Shown here piece after piece: positions 50,912 through 58,676 of a DNA stretch of 64,000 nucleotides; within the stretch, counting starts at the first letter, position 1; each line of letters opens with the position of its first letter. The notes under the pieces were generated by a model that made no database searches, had not been told where the DNA came from, and saw only the letters and a program-made list of their open reading frames with translations. Origin of the DNA: Gammaproteobacteria bacterium (lineage in GTDB: Bacteria > Pseudomonadota > Gammaproteobacteria > UBA4575); NCBI GenBank assembly GCA_965243395.1, contig CBDEUS010000001.1, positions 800,001-864,000 of the forward strand, given 5' to 3'. The position numbers and the translations under genes were made by a program.

Positions 50912-51110
50912 ATTATGGTTTTGAAATTAATAATAAAAAAAATTTCTTTATAATTATTGTGTTTAAATTAATTGTATTTCGTATCAGTCAGTTATGTTTG
51001 AGACTAGATTGATTCTAATAAAACTATCTCAAACAAGTATTTTTTTATATTTGTAATGCATTGATTTTTAATTAGTTTAAATACAAATTATCGTTGTATT
51101 ACCGTTCATA

Positions 51111-51402
51111 GGTAAAAATTACCCTCTCGTCGTGCTCATAAATTAATCGCATTGCTTTCCCTTCAGAATTCGCACCTGGAGTTTGGAACAATGAAGCGGC
51201 TAGCTTGCCGATGCGATTATCACTTAGGACAGTGATATCTAATAAGGCAATGCCGCGACTATCAGTCAGCAGAATTTCTGTAGAAGAGTTTCTGCTTTAG
51301 ATTGATAGTTACCTACCTAGTACGTTTCGTTCTTTCTTATTCCAAATGCAGTCCAGGAAGTGGCTGTCGATAAGCTCTCGCTTAAATATTTTACTTAAGC
51401 GA
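51111..51402 (+). ncRNA. Candidate structured leader RNA/sRNA (unassigned family)
   Basis: Consecutive stems 51144-54/51209-19, 51218-24/51231-37, 51257-79/51285-51310, 51348-67, 51378-85/51395-402; several GU pairs favour the + strand; more GC-rich than the flanking AT-rich spacer. Confidence 0.45.
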
Positions 51403-51448
51403 AACAAAGTTGATCGATATGAAAGTTTTTAATACGAGAGGTGCGAAA

Positions 51449-52642
51449 ATGCATTTAAGTAGAAACAAATTAATTAACGTATGTAGTGCGTTTATCTTTA
51501 CATTAGGAATTGTTAGCGCTTCAGTGACATTTGCTGGACCGCGTGAGCAGGCAAAAAGAATGCATGACCGCTTGGCTGGCGTGCCTCCTACAGAAGCTGT
51601 GCTTAGCTCAATGGCAACTATGATCCAAAATGGCGATGCCGTAGGCGCAGCCATGCAAGCCACGGATAATCCATCTTTTATTAATACAACAATTAAAGAT
51701 TGGGCGACTCCCTGGTTTAACCGTGACCAATCTGTTTACCGTGATCTCAATGATTCAACGGCAACTGTAATGGGATTTGTTCGAGACGATGTGCCTTTCG
51801 ATCAAATTTTGTATGCAGACCGAGTTTATATTGGTTCAGCCGCAGCTACAGATGAACCTTATTCAGTGAATAACAATGATCATTACGAAGATCTTCAAAA
51901 TGATCGTGTCGATTTTAGTGATCCTGCAATTTTAGTTTCTTCAACTCAATCTGCATTAAACCCTGAATTAGGTACAGGGCAAACAGCTGGAGTAATGACT
52001 ACACGAGGTTATGCAGAAGCTTATTTAATTGCTGGAACTAATAGAGCTGCAGTACGTTTCGCAACTCTTAATTTTATGTGCATGGATATGGAAGCTTTTC
52101 GTGATAAATCAGCTTATCCAAATCGTGTACGCCAAGACGTAGATCGTTCACCAGGTGGCGACAGTAAAATTTTTATGAATGACTGTCTTACTTGTCATGC
52201 GGGACTAGATGGTCTTGCAGGCGCATTTGCCTATTACGACTTTGCAGAAATTGTTGAAGATGAAGGTGAGCAACTTGTGTATACCGCAGGTCAAGTTCAG
52301 CCTAAATATTTACGTGATGCAGGTGTGTTTCGTACGGGATATGAAACCCAAGATGATTCATGGGCGAACTACTGGCGCTCAGGGCAAAACAGTTGGGTGG
52401 GTTGGAACGCTGTCGGTGGCGGTGTAGGTAGTGGAGCGAAATCAATGGGTATGGAGCTTTCACAAACACGCCAATTTTCTGAATGTCAGGTTACAAAGGC
52501 ATTTGAAAAAGTTTGTCATCGCAGCCCTAACGGTGCGGCAGATGTAGCTGCTGTACAAAATATTGCAACAATTTTTGAAGCGAATAACCGCAGCATGAAG
52601 CGAGTCTTTGCTGAGACGGCTGCTTATTGCATGGGTCAATAA
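51449..52642 (+). CDS. Exported protein with a single CxxCH heme-binding motif (DUF1585/DUF1800-like architecture)
   Basis: GAGGTG RBS before ATG 51449; Sec signal ending TFA|GPREQAKRMHDRLAGVPP; CLTCH at 52184-52198. Confidence 0.75.
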   Translation: MHLSRNKLINVCSAFIFTLGIVSASVTFAGPREQAKRMHDRLAGVPPTEAVLSSMATMIQNGDAVGAAMQATDNPSFINTTIKDWATPWFNRDQSVYRDLNDSTATVMGFVRDDVPFDQILYADRVYIGSAAATDEPYSVNNNDHYEDLQNDRVDFSDPAILVSSTQSALNPELGTGQTAGVMTTRGYAEAYLIAGTNRAAVRFATLNFMCMDMEAFRDKSAYPNRVRQDVDRSPGGDSKIFMNDCLTCHAGLDGLAGAFAYYDFAEIVEDEGEQLVYTAGQVQPKYLRDAGVFRTGYETQDDSWANYWRSGQNSWVGWNAVGGGVGSGAKSMGMELSQTRQFSECQVTKAFEKVCHRSPNGAADVAAVQNIATIFEANNRSMKRVFAETAAYCMGQ

Positions 52643-52686
52643 TGGTGTTGCCCAAGATATTAAGTATGCCAATTAGGAGAAATGTT

Positions 52687-54861
52687 ATGAGTCAGAATAA
52701 TCATTTATTTGAACGTAGCAGCAACGATACGCAATCACAGCGTAGTTATGTACTACAGATGATTTGCATAGTCATGCTGGCGTTAGTGTTAACTGCTTGT
52801 GGCGGTGGCGGCGGTGGATCTGATGATTCAGGGTCTGCACCTGTTGCAGGTGGCGGAAATAATACAGGTGGTGGAAATGGTTCCGGTGGAAGCAACGGAG
52901 ATATGGGTGATACTAATCCAATTGATCCTGGCAACGGCGGTGGCAATAACACTCCTCCAAATGAAGAAGCTCTGTTTGCTGCCACACTACATCCTGTATT
53001 AGTTAATCCAGGTTATACATGTGTGCTTTGTCATAACGGCAGTAACATGCAAGCGATTCCATTTGCAGTTGCCGATGTAGCAAATTCTTATTCAGTTGTA
53101 ACTGGACAAGCAATTGTTAATTTAGCTGCTACAACTCAATCAACTGTATATCAACGACCACTTACAAATCATAACTGTGGTGCAATGTGTCAAACCATTG
53201 CAGATGATGTTTTACAAGCTATCAATGCATGGGCTGCACAATCAGCTAATAATGGTGGTAACAACAATGGAAATATTGTTGCAAGTGCCACAACTAACTT
53301 CTCACAGTTAGTAACAGGTAGTGTGCCGCGTGCCGATGCAAACCAAATCACATTGTTTACCTTCTCTGAAGGTGCAGGCGACACAACTGTAGGTACCAGT
53401 AACGTAGGTGCAGATATGACTTTAAACCTAACAGGAACCGAGTGGGATCCTGAAGGTGGTCTAAGGAATGTAAGCGGTAAGGCACAAGCATCCCTTACAG
53501 ATAGTCAAAAACTCTTTAACTTACTATCAAGTGGTAACCAGTTTAGTGTAGAAGCCTGGGTGATTCCTGAAAATACTGATCAAACGGGTCCTGCTCGAAT
53601 TGTTTCGTATTCAATTAATACAGGACGTCGTAATTTCACTTTAGGCCAGCGCGCGGATCAATACGCAGCACGAGTTCAAACCATTAATACAGGTCCGAAT
53701 GGAAGTAATCCTGAACTGAGAAGTGAAAATGGCACAGTAAATACTGAGTTAAATCACATCGTCATGACTTATGACAATCTGCAAGGCGGCCGTAAGATTT
53801 ATTTGAACGGCGTCTTAGCTGCTGAAGAGACCATTCAAGGTGACATGTTAAATTGGCAAGATGATAATTTATTCATCTTAGGTAATGAAGCTACAAACGA
53901 TCGTCTTTGGAGAGGTGTTTTCAAGATGGTTGCTATACACAACACTGCATTAAATGGAGCTCAAGTTGCACAAAACTTTGAAGCAGGCTCTGATAACGCA
54001 GTTACTTCGTTACGATTTGATGTTGCAAGTGTACTAGGTGCCCCTGGATACATCGAAATGCAAGCCTACGAGATGGACCCTGATGCATATGTATTTGCAA
54101 GGCCGATACTTGTTACTGATGCTACAGGCGTTCGCGTTAAGAACATGCGGATTGCAGTAAACAATAACGTTCCTGTTGCAATGCAAGTATTCCGTAGAGT
54201 AGACATGATGGTGAACCAGTCTGGTCAAGAAATTTCGCCTCTGGGTGCACTCATTCCAACTGATCTTGGAATGGCTGGCGATCAAATCAGTCTTCAATTT
54301 GAAATACTAGGTGGACAAACAGGTTCAGCAGAAACTATTGGACCTGCTGCACCGCCATTACCACCAGCTGATGTGCCGGAGCCAGATGTTGGTGTACGTA
54401 CATTCTCGCAAGTACACGATACGTTTGCAGCGATTACAGGAATCAGTCAACGTGATCGTGATATTCGAGATCGTTACAACGACATTCGTGATCAGCTTCC
54501 TCCAACTGCAAATGCACTTGGCTTTGGTGGCGCACAACAGATTGCGATTCAGCGTTTAGCGACAACCTACTGTGGTGAAGTAGTTGGTAACAATAACAAC
54601 TCTCGTTGCAGAAACTTCTTTAATGACAATAACTGTGCAATTGCTGCTGGCGAGAAAGACGCCATAGCAGGAACAGTTATCGACAGAACTGCTGGTGTGA
54701 ACTTGGCAAACCAACCAGATCGTACCGCTTCCATTGCGGCGTTGGTCGGCATCATGGATGCCAACAACTGTGCAAATGGTTGTAATGGTGCAGCAGGACG
54801 ACAAGTTCTACAGGCAGTATGTACTGCAGGCTTAGCAAGCAGTGCAGTAACAATTAACTAA
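52687..54861 (+). CDS. Lipoprotein with c-type heme motif, LamG/concanavalin-A-like domain and Cys-rich C-terminus
   Basis: AGGAG RBS before ATG 52687 (alternative start 52642); lipobox LTA-C then Gly/Asn linker; CVLCH at 53020-53034; LamG motifs FSVEAWVIP, RIVSYS, HIVMTYD, KIYLNG, ILGNE, VAIHNTAL. Confidence 0.8.
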   Translation: MSQNNHLFERSSNDTQSQRSYVLQMICIVMLALVLTACGGGGGGSDDSGSAPVAGGGNNTGGGNGSGGSNGDMGDTNPIDPGNGGGNNTPPNEEALFAATLHPVLVNPGYTCVLCHNGSNMQAIPFAVADVANSYSVVTGQAIVNLAATTQSTVYQRPLTNHNCGAMCQTIADDVLQAINAWAAQSANNGGNNNGNIVASATTNFSQLVTGSVPRADANQITLFTFSEGAGDTTVGTSNVGADMTLNLTGTEWDPEGGLRNVSGKAQASLTDSQKLFNLLSSGNQFSVEAWVIPENTDQTGPARIVSYSINTGRRNFTLGQRADQYAARVQTINTGPNGSNPELRSENGTVNTELNHIVMTYDNLQGGRKIYLNGVLAAEETIQGDMLNWQDDNLFILGNEATNDRLWRGVFKMVAIHNTALNGAQVAQNFEAGSDNAVTSLRFDVASVLGAPGYIEMQAYEMDPDAYVFARPILVTDATGVRVKNMRIAVNNNVPVAMQVFRRVDMMVNQSGQEISPLGALIPTDLGMAGDQISLQFEILGGQTGSAETIGPAAPPLPPADVPEPDVGVRTFSQVHDTFAAITGISQRDRDIRDRYNDIRDQLPPTANALGFGGAQQIAIQRLATTYCGEVVGNNNNSRCRNFFNDNNCAIAAGEKDAIAGTVIDRTAGVNLANQPDRTASIAALVGIMDANNCANGCNGAAGRQVLQAVCTAGLASSAVTIN

Positions 54862-54885
54862 TATAGGCTAGTGAGGTATAAAACA

Positions 54886-56403
54886 ATGACGAAATACAGA
54901 GAGCAAAGTCGACGCGCAGAAGAGGCACATCGCCGCTTCGAACAGCGTATCGAGGAATCATGCCGACGTACCGGTCATGGTAGACCTGTCACCCGCAGAG
55001 AATTTCTTGGAAGAGGATTAATTGCAGGCACTAGCACAGTTTTACTACCAAGCTTAGGTGCGATGGTAAACCGAGCAAAGGCTTGTGAAATCAGTGCTGA
55101 TGACGGTTTACTTGGTGCAGGTAAAATTCCTTTCCTTGGTATTGATATGGGCGGTGGCGCGAACATTGCCGGATCAAATATCATGGTTGGTGGTGCTGGA
55201 GGTCAGACAGATTTCTTGCCTGCCGATGCATACGAAACTTTAGGTTTACCTGCTGCGATTGATCCTAACAGTGTTGGCGTAAACACTGATTTTGGAATTG
55301 CAATGCATCCTAACAGTGCGCTATTACGAGGTATGTTAGATAAAACTACTGCCGCAACGCGCGCAAATGCAAATGCAACCATAATCCCTGCCAGATCAGA
55401 AAACGATACAGGCAATAATCCGCATAACCCAATGTACGGAATTGCACGTACCGGAGCACGTGGAGAATTCGTTGTATCAACTGGAACTAGAAACTCAGAA
55501 TCCGGCGGTCGTTCAAGATGCCCTGATTACATGGTTTCTGCAGAATTTGGTCCAACGCGTGTGAGCAATCGAAACGAAGCGATTGGTCTCAGTGGTGGTG
55601 AAGCCGACGGTTTCCCTAGTGCAAGTGTTGCTGCAGCGACACAAGTTCTTACCCAGTTGAAGCTTGGTTTGATTAACGAAGAGACTGCAACTGAAGAACT
55701 CATTCAGTGTGGTTACGATCAAAGTCTTGCTACCTTCAACTCACCAATTCTACCTTCAGACTTAGATCCAGAAGCTGATGCGGACTTACTGAGCATTTTC
55801 CCTAACGGTGAAATCAGTAATGATGGTGATTTCCGCAAAGCAGCTGCAACAATGAAAGTAGTTGTAAATGGTTTTGGTGGATTAGGTACTATGGAATTCG
55901 GTGGTCGAGACTATCACCAAGATCCACGTCCAGAGACAGATGGCAAAGACTTTAAGATTGGTCAAATCATCGGTGCTTCAATGGAGTACGCGAGATTAAA
56001 AAACCAACCTTTGATGATTTATCTATTCAGTGATGGTGCAGTGGTTGCTGACAGGAATAATCCTGAAGACGATGGAAACGGTACAACTAAATTCCGTTGG
56101 CGTTCGGATAATTCTCAAAGATCCGCCAGTGCAATATTTGTTTATAGCCCACTTGTTGCATCTGCAAACATTATGCGTAATGGTGCAGCTTCACAGCAGC
56201 TTGGCTTCTATAAATCAGATGGCACTATCGAAACGAACTCTAGTCCATATGCGAATAGTGTGGTTTCATTAGCAGAGCTTGTAGTTCTAAACTACTTGGC
56301 GCTGCATGGCGAAGCAGGCAATTTTGGTGCTGCGTTAGGCAATCCAACATTAGGTGCTAATCCTGGTGTAGAGCATATTGCATTCAACCAAATTACTGCT
56401 TAA
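54886..56403 (+). CDS. Tat-exported DUF1501-like protein
   Basis: GAGGT RBS before ATG 54886; VTRREFLGRGL twin-arginine motif plus h-region and AKA; DMGGGAN, RSENDTGNNPHNP, GGRDYH, LFSDG. Confidence 0.65.
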   Translation: MTKYREQSRRAEEAHRRFEQRIEESCRRTGHGRPVTRREFLGRGLIAGTSTVLLPSLGAMVNRAKACEISADDGLLGAGKIPFLGIDMGGGANIAGSNIMVGGAGGQTDFLPADAYETLGLPAAIDPNSVGVNTDFGIAMHPNSALLRGMLDKTTAATRANANATIIPARSENDTGNNPHNPMYGIARTGARGEFVVSTGTRNSESGGRSRCPDYMVSAEFGPTRVSNRNEAIGLSGGEADGFPSASVAAATQVLTQLKLGLINEETATEELIQCGYDQSLATFNSPILPSDLDPEADADLLSIFPNGEISNDGDFRKAAATMKVVVNGFGGLGTMEFGGRDYHQDPRPETDGKDFKIGQIIGASMEYARLKNQPLMIYLFSDGAVVADRNNPEDDGNGTTKFRWRSDNSQRSASAIFVYSPLVASANIMRNGAASQQLGFYKSDGTIETNSSPYANSVVSLAELVVLNYLALHGEAGNFGAALGNPTLGANPGVEHIAFNQITA

Positions 56404-56428
56404 TCAATAAGATAAGCTAATTATCTAG

Positions 56429-56463
56429 AAACGGAGTAATCTTCTTGATTGCTCCGTTTTTTT
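56429..56463 (+). terminator. Rho-independent terminator closing the three-gene operon
   Basis: aaacggagtaatc-ttctt-gattgctccgttt followed by a T-tract. Confidence 0.9.
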
Positions 56464-56555
56464 ATGTTCGGTGGATTTTACGCGACAAGATTCGTGACAA
56501 CTTATTTATGAGTTAGGACAATACTCATATCAACCACATATCTGTTTATTACACA

Positions 56556-57977
56556 TTGTCCTCATCACAAGCATCCCAAATGGCTACTTCCGTTGATGCG
56601 TCAGCATTTGCACACCTCGAGAGTCTTGTTTGTCCCAAGTGCGCAAGTGAGAACTCAACATTAAAGGTTAGTGCAGAATCACTACAGTGTGATGTGTGTA
56701 AAACTGAATACCCTTTGATTCAATGCGCTAACGCATCCATTCCATGGCTATTCGAGTATCCAGATGTTGCAAAATACGAGTGGCAGGCACGTCTCAACGG
56801 TTTTATGCATTTAAATCAGTTTGATCAGCAAGCATATAAAGAAGCACTTAAAGATAAGCGAGTTAGCAAATCAGGGCAAAAACGAATTACTAAATTATTG
56901 AATGCAAAGAAACTACAAATTGAACAGGTATGTGAAATAATTAAACCTTTAAAGCTAACTAGCAAGTCTGATCAATCTTTAAAGGATGTAATAGCGAATT
57001 ACCAATCTAAAACACCAAAAGTTCAAGGCCTGGATAGTTACTACAATAATATTTTTCGTGATTGGGCATGGGGCAATGGCGAAAATGAGCAAATGCTAGC
57101 AGCAGTGGAAAGTGTTTTAGATAATCAAAAATTACTGGGGAATGTGTTAACCATTGGGGCAGGGGCAGGAAGACTTTCTTATGATTTACACCAAAAATAT
57201 AAAGCAAACTCCTCATTATTGTTAGACATTAATCCATTATTATTATTATCAGCATGCCGCGCTATTCAAGGAGAAGATTTTGCATTAAATGAATTTCCAA
57301 TTGCGCCATTAAACAAAGATACGTTTTTTGCCGAACAAAAATGTAAAGCACCTATCGCAAATCAAGAAGATATTTACTACTTATTTGCAGATGGAATGAA
57401 TCTGCCTTTTAAAGCCGATAGCTTTGATACAGTAATAACACCTTGGCTATTAGATATTATTCCGCAAAATTTAAGGGAATATCTCCCGCGTATTAACAAA
57501 TGTCTTAGGAAAGGAGGCTCGTGGTTAAATACCGGCTCTCTTGCATTTTTTCATAAGAAGCAATCATGGCACTATAGCGAAGAAGAAGTTATAGAATTAA
57601 TTGAGAAAAATGGGTTTGAGTTAGTTAGTAACACACGGAGCTCGATTGAGTATTTGCACTCACCTTTAAGTGCGCATGGAAGGTCTGAAAAAGTTTTTAG
57701 TTTTCATGCAAGAAAAGTAAAAAATGTTGTAGTGCCTCCAAAATATGAATACCTGCCTGAATGGGTTCGTAATTCTACAATTCCAATACCTAAACATTAT
57801 GAACAAGAGCTTGACGCCTCTAAACATTTGCTTCAAGCCCAGGTGTTATCCGCCATTGACGGTGTAAAAAGTATTGAACAAATCGGAGAGCTTGTTGCCA
57901 AACAATATAGTCTTGATATAAACGAAGCTACTCATGCAGTCAGGCAAATTATGATTGATCACTATGAAGAGCATTAG
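56556..57977 (+). CDS. Class I SAM-dependent methyltransferase, N2227/CARNMT1-like, with N-terminal Zn ribbon and C-terminal PqqD-like domain
   Basis: CPKC...CDVC; IFRDW, IGAGAGRLSYDL, FDTVITPWLLD, GGSWLNTGSL; C-terminal AIDG.KSI.QI...VA.QY; alternative start ATG 56580. Confidence 0.8.
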   Translation: MSSSQASQMATSVDASAFAHLESLVCPKCASENSTLKVSAESLQCDVCKTEYPLIQCANASIPWLFEYPDVAKYEWQARLNGFMHLNQFDQQAYKEALKDKRVSKSGQKRITKLLNAKKLQIEQVCEIIKPLKLTSKSDQSLKDVIANYQSKTPKVQGLDSYYNNIFRDWAWGNGENEQMLAAVESVLDNQKLLGNVLTIGAGAGRLSYDLHQKYKANSSLLLDINPLLLLSACRAIQGEDFALNEFPIAPLNKDTFFAEQKCKAPIANQEDIYYLFADGMNLPFKADSFDTVITPWLLDIIPQNLREYLPRINKCLRKGGSWLNTGSLAFFHKKQSWHYSEEEVIELIEKNGFELVSNTRSSIEYLHSPLSAHGRSEKVFSFHARKVKNVVVPPKYEYLPEWVRNSTIPIPKHYEQELDASKHLLQAQVLSAIDGVKSIEQIGELVAKQYSLDINEATHAVRQIMIDHYEEH

Positions 57978-58009
57978 CAATTAATTAATCCTTAGGTTTA
58001 GGAATTTTC

Positions 58010-58561
58010 ATGAGAATTATTATTACAGTAGTATTATTTTTTATCAGTTGTCCCACATTTGCTGATGCATTTGAGGATGACTTAAGGGCTCTGTTTGAAT
58101 TAACTGGCGTTAAAAATAATTATGCAGGTTTGAATAATGTGATATTAAATCAAATGCAAGCCGGTTTTTTTCAAGCCGCAGATCAAAATATAGAAAGTAG
58201 TTCTTTAACTGAAGAACAAAGACAGCAGGTAGGAGATATACTTAAAGCAAGATTTGCAGATATGGCTAAAAATTATCAAAATTTTGTAGCGGAAAATATG
58301 TCATATGAACAAGTAGAAAGAGAGATTTATATCCCTCTATACAAAGATGCATATTCTCATGAGGAAATAAAAGAACTTTTGAATTTTTATAGCTCACCTA
58401 CTGGTAAAAAAACCATTGAATTTTCTCAAAAAATTTCAGAACAAGCTACCAAGAAATCTGCTGAAAAATATGATGAAATAATTGCTGAATATGTTAAATC
58501 GCAAATCAATGAAAATATTTCGCTAGTAAAAAAAGAAGTGAAAGATAAAGGGATAGAATAA
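58010..58561 (+). CDS. DUF2059-domain exported protein
   Basis: Signal peptide; LY...YS.EEIKELL.FY.SPTGKK. Confidence 0.8.
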   Translation: MRIIITVVLFFISCPTFADAFEDDLRALFELTGVKNNYAGLNNVILNQMQAGFFQAADQNIESSSLTEEQRQQVGDILKARFADMAKNYQNFVAENMSYEQVEREIYIPLYKDAYSHEEIKELLNFYSSPTGKKTIEFSQKISEQATKKSAEKYDEIIAEYVKSQINENISLVKKEVKDKGIE

Positions 58562-58676
58562 AATATACCACTAACTACTTCTTCTTGTTATTTTGGCAAG
58601 AATATAAGAAACGACTAAATACCAGGTTGTATCTAATTTAAAAGTTCGATAATTCATTTCGTAGTAAACTTTTGCT

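Noticed and set aside
51348-51367. gcagtccaggaagtggctgt as the SRP (4.5S) RNA GGAA loop
   Set aside because: Lacks the conserved CAGG/AGCA internal-loop context of SRP helix 8
52801-52950. GGT/GGC/AAT-rich low-complexity DNA as a repeat element
   Set aside because: It simply encodes the Gly/Asn/Ser linker after the lipobox
54871-56403. Calling this protein type II secretion GspF (a label I recall being applied automatically to similar proteins)
   Set aside because: It has a Tat signal and no multi-TM GspF/PilC architecture, and there are no T2SS genes nearby
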